Shown here: positions 38,658 through 53,300 of the stretch, one piece after another
Position numbering within the stretch: position 1 is the stretch's first letter
Layout of the letters: every line of letters starts with the position of its first letter
NCBI RefSeq assembly: GCF_037042905.1
Contig: NC_087246.1
Span: 8,186,001-8,250,000 of the forward strand
Direction of reading: 5' to 3'
DNA: 64,000 nucleotides
Source of the DNA: Lytechinus pictus
Lineage: Eukaryota
Translations under genes and position numbers: made by a program
The notes under the pieces: generated by a model
Seen by the model: only the letters and a program-made list of their open reading frames with translations
The model's database searches: none
Told to the model about the DNA's origin: nothing

Positions 38658-39650
38658 GTTTGACCCACTGACAGAGTCACCCTGGTAAAATAAGACGTAC
38701 CGGTAATAAATAAATAAGTAAATAATTAGTGTAACAACTTTGGAACTAATTAAAGGACCCCTTGAAAGATCTAATGACATCTAATCCTCTTTATGACACA
38801 TTTGCACAATATTGTGGGAGGTCATGTCCCAATTTTCAGTTCTCTAGATACTCTGAATGACAAAAGTTCAGTTCAGAAGCTGCCCAGCCCCGCTCGCAAG
38901 AATCTCGTTACCAGACATCTCGGTTCCCCAATCCCGCCAAAATTGTCAAGCGCGAGCATCCCATGCGAGATGCGTAGATCTATGGCTTCGCAACTCCCTA
39001 CAATACATATACAATATAACTAGTAGCCGCTTCATGCATGGCTAGCGCATGCACAGTGCTATGGTGCACAGTACCTGCAGTGCTGCAATCCCATTCCGTA
39101 GACCCTGTTTTTTACACCGTGCGGTATATATTTAGTTCCCAAGACCCCGTAATTTACCCTTTAAGTCAGTTCCTTAGACCCCCATTTCAGAGTTTTGTGA
39201 GGCACACCGGTCACCCCCATCAAAAAATAATTTCAGTGCCCCCCCCTTAGGTCATGTGCTTCAATAGACTTGTTAACTTTAATCCCTGTTTTCTCAAAAG
39301 GAATAATCTACATGAATGGTAATGAACGTTCTCCTCTTTTTATTGTTAGTGGGTTATATAATATTTTAAAGCTACATGTAAGAATCACTCTTTCAGTAAG
39401 GCTATTGAACTGAAAATTCATCCCTGGCGACTTTTTGTGGGTTTTGCCATGCCTGATGACATATTATCCTCTGTGAAACATTATTCATTGCGCTCACACG
39501 AAATGTAACATATGGGACTATATTTCCTCCAAAAAGCAATGATTTTCCAGGGTTTTTTCCCCTCATCATCACAATTTATATAAACCAAGAGTGTAATACA
39601 AGTTTATATCGCAAAATTATTTTGAATTCCAGTTCATCGTTTCTTAGCCA

Positions 39651-39726
39651 TGAACCAGAATAGCCTGGTGTCGCTGCCCGTAAAGCAGTAGATGGCAGGT
39701 TCGAATCCCACTGGTTCCAATTTTTT
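39651..39726 (+). pseudogene. Degenerate tRNA-like sequence
   Basis: GAACCAG/CTGGTTC acceptor-like stem, GCTGC-CCGTAAA-GCAGT arm, B box GGTTCGAATCC and T6. The D arm is broken. Confidence 0.5.
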
Positions 39727-41344
39727 CTGACTTATGATTTTGAGTACATATCGAGCATAGCGATCTTAAACAAATAAGAGTAATGCCGAAAATTGTTAAA
39801 ATATTTTGAAAAACCTCAGAATTTCATTAGGGACAAATAGAATGGAAGCCCATGTCTTCTTGTGCAAAACCTTTGTTTTTGTATGGTCCCAAGATGGCGG
39901 CCGCTCTGCATCGGTGACTTCATTTCTTAATAGCCAATCAAAGTGCAACCGTCCATCCAGATAGTATTCAGATCAGTGGCTCTAACTAATAATAGCTGGC
40001 CAAATTTCAGATGATGTTTTTCAAATAACAAAGCTACCAAGAAATTACACAAGTCATGGAGATCTGTAAAAGTTACATTGTTAGAAAGACAAAAAATGCC
40101 ACTGAATCATTTGATATCACATTTTGCTTACAATTTTTATGACATTGTCTCTTGAAATGAAGATTTCTAGACCCTTGTTTAAATTTTGGAATGTCCAGTT
40201 TTTTCAGAAACTTGATTTATCAAATTTTCAGATTTTCATTATAATCAAAACTCCTCAAATTTCAATTAGAGTACATATATACAGAATCAGTTGTGCAATA
40301 CCAAAATGAAACGATTACAAGGAAAATAACAAAAAAAAAATCATAGTACCTGAGTTAATATTGATATTAATGAACTTGAAAAATTAGGGTTTTTTTTTTA
40401 GATTAAAAGGTAGTAAACTTCTTTTTTTCAACATAAATTCATACATGTTTATATTAGCATGTCATAGACCTGTACATGCTTTGCAGTATTGGGGAATTAC
40501 CAATAGGCATTGCTTGCCAAGCATTCCAATAAAGGTGTGTGTTTTGTAAGTAAACTCTCATAAAAATATAACAGCTTTTATTCTTGGTTTAACATTGCGT
40601 GACGTTATCCCCATAACTCATATGGGAAGTGAGAGACTTGTTTTTACTTCCTGAACTTATCATTCTGACACTCTGTACTCCAGATTCAATAGAATATCAG
40701 TAATGCTTTACTTGCTTGAAATGGTGCTCAGGGGGAAGCACCCTCACTTTCTGCAGCATACAGAAAATCAATATGAGTAAATCAAGCAGAGACATGTACC
40801 CAGACCTCATACTCATGTGATACACTGTACCTAGTATAATAGTAATGTGATGTATTTTCATGTTAATTTAATAGAAAAAGTCAATGATTTGCAATTTTTA
40901 GTTTTTCACAAGTAGATTTCAGTACATTGTATCCACCCACGTCTAGTTACCTGAATTTAGATTATATTTTTTTTAAATGAATTTATTTGAATGCATCTTA
41001 TTGTAATGCTGGTTGAAATTTATGTTGTGTAACTTGTGTTATTCCCTAATCATTTATTATTTTCTTTCATGTACATATATATTACTTGTGATTATTTGTT
41101 TGCTTCATTTGTTAATTTGTTTATTGTTCTTTCTTGCTATATTGTAAATATTTGTTTACATATCTCCTTAAAACACAGGTACAAGACTGCTGGTCTGGCC
41201 ACATTGTATATCAAAATAAACAATGACTTGTCTGAGTGAGACTTTAATTTAACAGGCCTTTTCATTTTTTTGTTGCTGTTGATAAGACATCATCAATGTG
41301 TAGAAGGGTTGCAATATATCATTTTTCTTACATTTTCTTTTCAG

Positions 41345-44300
41345 TATGATGAGGTGAGAGTGGAGTTGAACAAGGGTCTTGTCTTGAATGATTTAAAAAC
41401 TGAAGGTGGTGCTCACTTTGAAGTCAAACCTCCACCAGACTTGCCAGGTGTGTACCCTATCTCATATTAGCTAGATATTCTGTCAATCTCGTGATCAATT
41501 ATAACTTCTAAGTACACAATGTGTCATGGTCTTACAATTGATCATTGGATTGATTGAATAAGGTATATTAAAGATGATTATCATAGATTTGATGATTGTA
41601 ATATTAATGATTATGGGGAAAATGATGATTATCATTATGATGACGATGTTGATGACAATGGTGACGATGTCGCAGATCAGGGAAGTGTTTCATCAACATT
41701 TTATATCCGACAAGTTGTTAGATCTCTAATCTTTCCTTGATTCTGATTGGCTTAGAAGCACTGTTACCATGGTAACTGTTGGATAATACAGGACTTTTCA
41801 GGTAAAATGTCTGACAAGTCCTTTCATGAAATACTCCCCAGGATGTGGCTGATGATGATGATGAAGACAATGATGCAATGATATTACTAATGATAATTAT
41901 ATTTATGATTACGATGACGAATGTTGATGATGATTGATAGTGATAATGACTTCCATGTCCTGTTGCTGCAACTTTTCTTCATCTCTTGACAGATCCAGAC
42001 ACAGATGCATACTTTGAAACTGAGGAAGTTTTCAAGCAGCTGAACAGAGAATGTCTAGGAGACGATGGTGACAATGATGATGAGGGTCTGGTAAGCCTTA
42101 ATGACAACAATTAAACAAATCTGCAATCATAGAGGTCATTATCATAAAAATAATATTGCTTCTTGTGATATAATTATTAATGATGTTGTTCTTCTATCTA
42201 TGTGTAAACCATGTGTGGATTATGTAAAAGCTACAAAGGATCCTTCATAATGTGAGTAATGGCCTATAGCCATGCCAAGATGTATTATAAAATCATATGA
42301 TCCAAAATGTGATATTTCCTCTATCATCTAATATCTTAAAGGTAAAATTTCTGTAGTCATTAGAGAGAGGTGAAAAACTAAATACAATCTTCTACCTCAT
42401 TTAACAAGAACAAATCAATTCATCATGCAGTGGAAATCTGTTCAAAATAATTTTGTTTTGAAATGAGAAGAATAATGGATACACTAAATTTCCATTAATG
42501 ATTTGACAGGCCTCTACAAAAAAAAATTTGTCACTAGGTACCTGGTGATAAATTATTGGTAATTGGCGCTGATTTTACATCAGTTTCCACTGTTTTTTTT
42601 TTACTGGTTTGACAAAATATGAGAGATAGTTGTGATTATCCAAAAGGTATTGAAATTTAGAGGGTCTACTGATATTTTTTTCCAAAACAACCACTTGCCC
42701 GATCGGGCAATTGACTTTGAGAAATGCTTGCCCGCACATCATTTTCACTTGCCCCGGGAAAGTGGGTTTGTCGTGCCCTGATTTGATGTATAATTATGAG
42801 ATGGAATCTAGGATTCCATAGAAGAGTGGATAAGATTTTAGAATTCTTGTTTAGTCTGGTGTTAAACCTGTGTCTAATTTTCAGAGTTTTATAACATTAG
42901 CCCAAATATACTTATATTTCAAATATGCATGAGCAATGTGCAAGTATTTATGTTTATAAATTTTTACATGAAGTACAATCATTGGGATTTTAACATCCTT
43001 TCTGAACCTCAACCTTTGTTTATCAGTGCATTTTTTCCTCCAACATTCTTGTATTTCATGTATATTGTTGCTTGTTGTTTTGTAGTCCCCTTTTGAGAAG
43101 ATGGCAAAGAAAATGGAGGATATCACTCCTGAGAAGAACAGGAAAGTTCTCAAGAGTTATATCAAGCAAGGAGCAGGGGCATTACCTATTCAAGGCATGA
43201 CTCTAACTGGTAAATATTTTTTAATTCTTATTATTTTTTGTAAGAACTTGGAATATTATGGAACTAAATGTACTTAAATGTGCCTTTAGTTTTGATGTAC
43301 ACTTTTTGATATATCATTCACAAAATAAATTGTGCCAAGAATCAAATAAGAAAGTACAATGAAAGGTGTAAAAAATAACAGGCACCAGTTGGCATTGCAA
43401 AACATTAATTTTGTAAATTAGGCAAAAGGTTAAATGGGAAGCATTTCCCAAAGTGTTTTTGCTCATGGCATGAGGGATACAGGATGGCCCATGTTTCTGT
43501 ACATTGACCAAACTGCCATGAATAGCCATCTGAAATCATTAATGCATGATTGCTCCACATAAAGATAAATAGCAATTCAGTAATTGAATATAGAGCAACT
43601 CACTCATTTCCCTCTGTCTTAATAAACAAAAGTCAAACAAAACATGCTCTTCCTGTTCTGATTCTTCAAACCAATGGAAAATGGAATTGATTTGATTTAT
43701 TTATTTCCGTTTCACAATTGTACATAATTTGATAAACATAACATAACAAGGTCGAAAATACTACAAGACAAAATATAATATATATAACATAATCATAGAT
43801 TTAAGGAGCACAATTCAGTAAATAGAGATATCTCAAATGACATTTGTATTTAAAAGTAAAACGGAGGGACTTGCCAAAAAAAAGCAAAGCTTGTACAAGA
43901 GACAAGCCCCTATCTTAGTTACATTACAAAATTACAACAAATAAATATTGGGTCTTAATAATAATTTTGTTTAAAAATAAATACAAACAATTTTTGTGCA
44001 CTTGACAAAAACGTAACTGATGGATCGTGTGAGAAAAAAAATTACGTTTTACAATATTATAAGAGAGGGGGGAGGTGAGGGGGGGAAGACAGGAGGGACA
44101 GAGGAGTGCAGTACACTAAGTAGAAAGAAAGAAGAAGGCGGGCAGCAGGAGCAGGTACTTTGGCTAATTGCAATTTTAAGAAGAAAATAATTAAACGAAT
44201 AATATACATGACTATGTATATAATATGAGCGCATATAATACGCATATACACAAAAGTCGAGTATAATTTAATTAGTTATTCAGCTTGACCTGTTTGCGAC

Positions 44301-47300
44301 GAGTATTGCAGAATTAACATTTTTTTCAGTTTGCGTTTAAAAATATTTACATTGGGGGAATTTTCAATGTTAAAATCACAAGTCTTGACAGTCTGGAAAT
44401 TGCTTCATAAAACCTTTTGTGCATATCCTCTTGAAATATGTGTTCATTTTATGACCCACATATTAATTGGATTTAGTCCACGAATTGTAGCAGAGCACCT
44501 TTATTAGAATTGTATGTATTTTTTTTCAGTACATTATAATTGCTATGTGGAGTATAGTGATGAGCCGTATGATTCAACGCGTCTCAGGAACAAACCAGAG
44601 CGAATCAAACTCGGGAAAGGTAAGTTCAAAACCTTTTTAAAATCAGGGGGTGTAAAATTCTGGTGACATTACAGTTCTGTGAAGGAAAAAAAAAAAAAAT
44701 TTGATCACATACCACTTTTTATATCACAGGTTGTATTTAAAAAATAAAAAATAAAAAATAAAAATAAAATTTGCAGTAATTTTGATGATTCAGTTCGGTG
44801 CACTTGTACATGCCAATTAACAGAGTATAGACTTGGGATATACAGTGATTTTAAAGTTGCAGTGATAAAGAATATCATTTGTTTGTTCAACACATGGATA
44901 TTTAGACCAATCTAGTGAACATTGACCATTGTCTGTTATGCCACCCTGATTCATACATTGAGTACCTTTTGGTTGTGTGACATTGCTTTTGTAAAGATAC
45001 CCCTTCCTTATTTCTCAGTAAATTTGTTATTGATAGATTGAATATGAATTGAGTTGCCCTTCTGCCCTTCTGTGATGAAATTCAATGTGATATAGTTTTT
45101 TTTTCTTGCTTGTCATTATATTTCCTTTTTATGAGTTTGTATATACTACTGATATGAGAAATCCCCACTGTAATGCAATATGTATACCAAATTTCTTTTT
45201 GTCATTTCTAGGTGATGTTTTCCTTAGTGTGGAGTTGGCCCTAAGTTCAATGCGTAAAGGGGAGATATCCAGGTTTTTAATCCATCCTGATTTGGCCTTC
45301 AAAGACCTTGGTGTTCCCCCTAGGATTCCAGCAAATGCTACAAGTAAGTAGAATGCAGATGTCTCTTGGAATTTCTTGGTATATTTTTACCCTTTAACCA
45401 ATTAATTTTGTAAGACATGTTCATACGTTATGTTTATGTATATTTTGTTTAATTGTTATTGTGCTGAACGAGATATCCCACATTTCTCAAATTTTAACAA
45501 AGTGGGAGTGAATTTATAAACCCTTACATGTGTTTCAGGAAGAAATGAACTTTCACATTCCCCCCCCCCCTTTTTGTCTCGCCTGAACGGTCTGTTACAA
45601 AAATGTTAAAGACAAATCCTCCCCAACAAAAAGGTGATTTGAATAAAAGAGGCAATCCAACCAGCATGACAATTTCACAGAACAGTTATATTCACATCCT
45701 AGTTAGTATGCAAATGAGGTGACTGATGATGTCACTCACTATTTCTTTTGTATTTCATTATATGAAATGAGAACTATTCTTATTTTCCCCTCATTGTCTT
45801 GTAAAAAAGTTTTATTCCTCCCAGAATTATGATAATACCATTGTCAACACTTAAGGGTTCAGTCAAGTTGGTCCTTATTATTATCAAATCTGTAAAACTT
45901 GAAATATTGTATAATTCAAACAATAAAAAAACAAAAAAGTTAGTGAGGGACATCATCGACTCTTTCATTTACATGTCACTGAGTTGTGCATTTAACTGTT
46001 TTGAGAATAATAAGCGAAACTTTGAAATGTCATGACTTTCTTAATTTACATCCAATTTTGATGAAATTTTCAGCATTATGCATGTTTGATTTTTCACTAT
46101 TGATTCAAATCAACATTTTTCTTGGATGGACTTTACCTCTAAGTTCACACTTGGTACATATGATCCTTTTGTAATACCAAATGTGTGTTTATGAGGATGA
46201 TGGGGTCAAAGGAATAGAGATTAAAGGTCAAATGATATGAGGTCTTGTCCATCCTTTTTTATTTAATTTTTTAACTTGCTCTCATTTTTTAAATCAATTT
46301 TGATCACACATGGTTCAAATGATCCTTGGGTAATATCAAATATGTTTTGGTGAGGATGATGGGGTCAAAGGTCATCTAGGGGTCAAAAGGTTGTTCAACT
46401 TACTATTTCTTAATTTCTGCATCAATTATGATCACATTTGGTACAAATGATCATTGGGTAATACCACATGTGTTCATGAGGGTGCAAAGGTCATCTAGGG
46501 AAATCAGGCGAGACTCATGGTTCATGAACCACCTTGTTTAACAAGAGATTTTTAATCTGAAAAGATCATATTTCACTTGAAGCTGATTTGAATGAAAATA
46601 AATCAGAAAGACTTAATTCACAATGCAACAAATATTTAAAAAAAGCCTTTCTGAATTTTCTCAGTTTTGATGGAGATTGAGGTACTGAACTGCACAGATC
46701 GTGCTGAGCTAGATGAGTTTAACAACATGAGTGAAGAAGAACGCAAAGAAATAACATTTAAGAGAAAGCTGAAAGTAGTGTATGAAGAAAGAACGGTAAG
46801 AGCTATATCATAATTGGTTAATATTACTTATACATTTTTTCTATCGCTGGGCAGGTCACCATCATTTCTATAGTAAACAAAACAAATCGAGAAAAGCATT
46901 TGCGAAGTTTGAAAACCCATTTCAGAATAAGAGATCCAGATTTTTTCTAATGTTATATTTTCTGATGTGTGCAAGCAGCAGTCCCATAGGTCATGTAGTA
47001 TTAATATTAAAGCCACTTTGTGATAAGGTCAAGAGCTGCTTAAAATTATACAAATGACCTTTACCTTTTATTCTTGTTTTTTTCTAGAAATGAACTAAAT
47101 GAAGTGTCTAATGATTATGCACATTTCTCCTTTTCTAACATTTTTTTGAAAATTTTTATTTTATAAAATTTTATGAAATTTTTATCACATGACTTATGGG
47201 GAACTGTGCACATGTAACATCACAAAGTTAAAACAATCCATTACCTATTATTCTTTGACAAATTATCTGTTATATTTATATATATATATGTGGAAGCGCC

Positions 47301-50300
47301 GTGGTGTAGCGGTTCTGACTCTCGCCTTGTAATCAGAGGGTCTTGTGTTCGAATCCCACCATGGCCTAGCGTCCTTTGGCAAGGCGTCAATCCACACTTT
47401 GCCACTCTCACCCAGGTGCTAATTGTACCGGTAGGAAACAACTGTCATTGTGGTTGGTTTAGCAAGTGTGCGCCTAACAGGCTGCTTGAAATGCTATGAA
47501 TCCAGTGACCAGGTAATAATAATTGTGAAGCGCTTTGAGCAGTCGTAGATTGATAAAGCGCTATATAAATGCCAATTATTATAATGTAAGAAATTATACA
47601 TGTACAACAGCTTTGGCAACTCTTGTATTCAAATATACTGTGAAAGAAATGAATGAAGAGAACAATGGTAGGCATTGCTTAAATCAAGGTTCCTCAGAAC
47701 TATCTGCCCTTGGGAAAATTTGGTGATGCCGAAAAAATGTCTCTGCCGGGAATCAAACCTAGTGGTTAAGGCACCAGCGTTCAAAACTGGGGCCCGGGTT
47801 CGATTCCCGGCTGAGACATTTTTTCGGCATCACCAAGTTTTCCCAATGGCAGATAGTTCTGAGGAACCTTGATTTAAGCAATCAGCAATGCCTACCATTA
47901 TTCTCTTCATTCATTTCTTTCACAAAGCTGTTGCACATGTAGAATTTCTCACATTGTATAATTAATTGTCCCATACATGTACTGTATTGAAGCAATAGCC
48001 TTGATCCAGCCGAGGCATGGCGGCTTGTCATTGTTTAAAGCTCACCTACACCGACAAAGGAAAATGTAATTGGTGGCGTCGAAAATCTGTTTATCTGACG
48101 GTCTAGTGGTTAAGTCACTGGCGTTCAAAGCTGGGGTCCGGGTTTGATTCCCAGCCGAGACTTTTTTTGGCATCATCAAATTTTCCCAAGGGCAGATAGT
48201 TCTGAGGAACCTTGATTTAAGCAACGCCTACCATTGTTTTGTTCATTCATCTCTTTTACTATATATATCTTCTTTTTTTTTTTGGGGGGGGGGGGGCTAT
48301 TTAATGCCAACTTAATGTCAGAGTGAAATTCCCCTTTGACTTGGAAGGTCTTATGATCATACCATTATGCAGCTTAAAATTAGTAAGGACCAGCATCCTT
48401 TAAAGTTTCAGAGCTATGATTCTGTGGCATGATATTCTTTAATATGTATGACAATTTATGATGAGTGGTTGGACTGTTGGAGAGGGAGAAAATGGACAAA
48501 ATTAAAAAATTTAAAATGAATGGAAACTTATCTTTTTATACTAAGTTTCATTTGTTAATGTTGTGAATGGTAAGCTATCAGAACTGAAACTGACACAAAT
48601 ATTCTGATTTTTACTCATATCTCCTCCACTTTGGAGGAAGATTGCAATTATTTAGAGACTGTAAACTTTGCTTTGAATATTCATAATCCAAAATGTTATT
48701 CCTGAACAATAGATAAGAAATGATGGGAATGGATCTTTACATTTTAGAGATAAAAATTGAAGCTTGGTTTAAAGCATGCAAGATGTGGCCAAATACCTTA
48801 GAGTCACAGATTGAAAATTTCAGCTTGGTAATTTTTGGATTTATTTCTGTTTATTATTTTCTTTTATTTTATATGTGAAAATCAGAGATTTGGTTATGAT
48901 TATATTGATGTTTGTGTAGTTATTTAATGATTTCTAGCTTAACTTTGAGAGTAAGTGGTAGTAATTCAATGCTCTGCTGAGCTGCTGCTGCTTGTACATT
49001 GTGGTGTGATATTGCATTACATTAGGTAAATTCCACAGGGTATTTTAATCCAAGTTGGGTTATTTGCATATGTATGCTCAAAATATATTGTCTGCCAGGT
49101 AATGTTATTTGGGTCTGTGTTTTTTCAAACTCAGTTGGTATGATCAAAAGAAAGATCATAGTCAGATTTCACAGTTAATAAGGGTAATAATGAATTAAAA
49201 CACACATATGTTTTATTCATTAACTGATGATATTTTCTGTTATCCTCTTTGTTTTTAGGAAGGAAATGAACTCTTTAATGATAAGAAGTACAAACAGGCA
49301 TTATCAAAGTATATGAGAGTAAGTATTAGAACAACATACAAAACTAATAAGTACATTAGGTTTGTAAATATCATAATATTGTTGTCATTCATAAGACTAT
49401 ATCAAATTTCATATACATTGATAGTTTTACACAAATGTGGAATATTGGTAAAAATTATAGTAGAGAAAACCTTGAGTATGTTTTTTTTTAATCTTTGTAC
49501 TTTTATTATTCATTAGAAATCCTCATATCCTGAACACAGGTTGCTTTTTCCTCTGTTAGCTGACAAGTTTGGGACTCTTCCAAATATTCTTTGCCAATAT
49601 GGTACATTTGGTGTTGTAATGGCATAATAATTGTTGCAATTGTGAGTTGCATGTATGTGTGTGTGTGAGCAATGCTTTATAGAGAGATGGTGTGTTTACA
49701 CTGATTCGATGCATTCTAAATGTGGATGACAAATTAAGACATCACCAAATTTCTCTAGGTATGCATTCTAAATGTAGATGACAATTTGTGACATCACCTG
49801 ATTTCAATAGTTATACATTTTAAATGTAGATTGACAAATTAAGACATCACTTGCTTTCCATAGTTATGCATTTTAAATGTAGATGATGAATAATGACATT
49901 GCCTGCTTTCCATAGTTATTCATTCTAAATGTAGATGACAATTTAAGACATCACCTGATTTCCATTATGCATTTTAAATGTAGATGACAATTTAAGACAT
50001 CACCTGATTTCCATAGTTATACATTCTAAGTGTAGATGATGAATAATGACATCACCTGCTTTCCATAGTTATTCATTCTAAATGTAGATGACAATTTAAG
50101 ACATCACCTGATTTCCATTATGCATTTTAAATGTAGATGACAATTTAAGACATCACCTGATTTCCATAGTTATACATTCTAAATGTAGATTGACAAATTA
50201 AGACATCACTTGCTTTCCATAGTTATGCATTTTAAATGTAGATGATGAATGACATCACCTGCTTTCCATAGTTATTCATTCTAAATGTAGATGGGAAATT

Positions 50301-53300
50301 AAGACATCCCTGATTTCTACAGATAAGCATTCATGATATATGTGACAAATTGTGACATTGTTTTGCTATTGTTGTGCATTTTTTTAATGTCAATTCATGG
50401 CATTATCAGCTTTCCATAGTTGAGATTGATTTGAAAGCATTGCAATTGTGGTAATCATTTTATGCTGTATTGCATGATTATCTGCTCTCTTCATAGTGTT
50501 TAAGGATTTTGGAAGGAGCTCACCTGAGGAACCAGGAGGAAGAGGATCAGATGAGATCAGTTCATACCAAGATCTGTCTTAACATTGCTCTATGTAGTTC
50601 AAAGCTGAAAACACCAGAGAGAGTCATATCATATTGCAATCGGGTCTTGGCAGTGGATCCAAAAAATCCCAAAGCGCTCTACAGGAAAGGAATGGTAAGA
50701 TATCCTAAGTTTAGTGTAGTATTAGAGGGGGAGAGAAGAATGTTTGAGGTGGGTTGGTGACATCCCCTCTCCGACCCTAAACCAAGCTGGGGGGAGGCTT
50801 AAATTTACCCCTTTCCATGCAACTATCCTAACATTGTGACAACCATTGGCCCCTAACAAACTGCACCTGTAGTCCTGCTACATGTAGAAGTTACACTCTA
50901 ATCAGAGATCTGAGGTTCAAGACCTGGGTCATGTTTTTCAAATGATGTTTTTCAAAATCCAATTATGCACATAAAAACATGTTCCTGCACATTTTGATGG
51001 AATGAATTTGGTACCAAAATATGTAGAAAGTGCACCTATGCCTGATGGAATTTTTTTTAAACCAAATTGTGCAGTTATATGTGATGTGCATGCACATTTT
51101 GGTAACATAACTTAAAAACCAAATTTGACAGTAAAGGTTGATTATTATGGTATTGGGTTAGAGAAAAAATTATATCAGTGTTTTGTTCACTTCGTTGTCA
51201 TGGTAACAATGTAAAATTTGAAAAAATTAAGGAATTTTTTAAATGTCATTACTTATGTTTCAAACAGAAGGCCGTCGCTAAATGGCTTGGCAATTTCTTG
51301 TTGGTGAGAATGAAGCCTCGTTCATTGGGCATCTGTCTATGTGTGTGCGTGTGTGTGGGTGATTCCCTCTACGTTTAATGCCATTTTGTATAATGACCAT
51401 GTCTTCTAATGCTGTTCGGTCCAATAGAGTACCAAAGTGTGACGTCAGTTGCTATGGTGTCATGGCGGGCTGGTTCTAAAGAGAGTCGCAGCTGACGATC
51501 GTATGTACACATTTGTATTTGCAAATGACTTTGGTTGCAAGCGATCAAATTACGATAGCAGCCATTTTTATCTATGAGAAACACACGCTTTCATTCGGCG
51601 GGTTCATTTGTTTAGAACCAGGCCACCATGACACCATGGCAACTGACGTCATCGCTTCTTTACTATATCATTTTATCCAATAACCAGTTAGTCTGAAAAG
51701 AGCCATTTGTCCAAAGCCACTTCCTGTATAAAATGCCACTTTAGACACTTTGTCCAATAGCTAGTTCATCTAGAACCCAGTCTGTTTTTGTTAATGGCTC
51801 TGAATCGATTGTCAGCTCTTCTAACTTCGGAGTACCTCAAGGGTCCGTCATCGGTCCGATAGCATTTACAATCTTCTCATCTCCATTAGAGGATGTCATC
51901 AAACACCATGGAATATCATGTATGACTTATGCAGATGACACTCAAATTTACCTTGTGTTGAAGGAGGACCACGCTGTGGCGCTACAAAGACTCAGTGCAT
52001 GATTTACAGACGTTAAGAATTGGTCCATACAGAATGGATTAAAGTTAAATGAAAGTAAAACAGAATGTTTACACTTTGTTAGCAGGCATAGGACTTGTAG
52101 TCCGATTGGCGATATTTCTTTTGATGGTACTGATATAGAATGCTCTACAGCTGCTAGAAACCTAGGGGTCATGTTTGATTATAATATGTCTCTAAAGACC
52201 CATGTGAACAATGTATGCAGATCTGCCTCGTTTGCATTGCATAAAATCGGTAGCATCCGTCAATTTCTTACAAAAAAGACCACCCAGAGGCTTGTTCAGG
52301 CACTGGTCATGTCTCGCATTGACTTTTGCAACATTCTTCTGTATGGTCTACCTGATACACAAATTAACAAACTGCAGAGAATACAAAATTCAGCAGCTAG
52401 GCTTAATGCTAAACGTCGTTCACGTGATTCTGTCACTCCACTGCTAAGGGAGCTTCATATGCTAAGGGTTCGTGAAGGAATTGATTTTAAGATCCTCTTG
52501 CTTACTTTCCAATGTTTGATAAAATCAGCTCCAGTCTATCTTCAACAGTTAATATCAGAATACTCACCCTCCCGCAACTTGCGCTCATGCAAAAAAATCA
52601 CTCTTAGAAGTTCCTGCCATCAACACCCAGTCTTATGGTTCCCGATCTTTTTATTCAGCATCCCCTCAACTTTGGAACAACCTACCTCAGAGCATAAAAC
52701 AAGCAGACTCAACTGACAAATTCAAATCTATGTTAAAAACTCACCTTTTCGTTAAATAGATCGTCCTTAGCATATGCAGCTTCAACTGTCTACTTTCAAC
52801 TGTCAACATGTATAATTCACTTTTAGCTGAAATTTCTTGTCTTTCTATTTATTTTCCTTAAGCGCTTAGAGACATTCTTTGTGATAAGCGCTATATAAAT
52901 GATGTTAATTATTATTATTAATTATCTAACTTCATTTGCCAGTTGGTCCAATTGACATTTTGGTCCAATACCCACTTAGACCAATTGACCATTGGTCAAT
53001 ACCCACAGGGACCAATTGGCAGTTGGTCCAATGCCCACTCGGTCCAATGCCCACTTGGTGCAATACCCATTGGTCCAATACCCGCTTGGTCCAATAACTG
53101 TTACTGGGGGCATGCACAGATCCAGGGGGTGAAAAGGTTTCACCCCCATTTAAAAAAATGGGGATAGAAAAAGAAACACAACAATATCGGATGAAAAACT
53201 ATAATTTAGACATTTAATATTAGCCTTATTTTGATAAGTCTCTGCGATGCATTTAGCTTATACCCAGTTTTCTCAAATTAAGGCACTTTAGGTGTTGCAA

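Noticed and set aside
39890..39920. ATGGCGGCC as the FKBP6 start exon
   Set aside because: The only nearby donor gives phase 2, which is incompatible with the phase-0 exon at 41345.
47845..47895. Hammerhead in repeat family X (CTGAGGA followed by a hairpin)
   Set aside because: There is no downstream GAAA core or stem I/III pairing.
49709..50350. CRISPR-like array
   Set aside because: The units are contiguous tandem repeats with no unique spacers, there are no cas genes, and the location is a eukaryotic intron.
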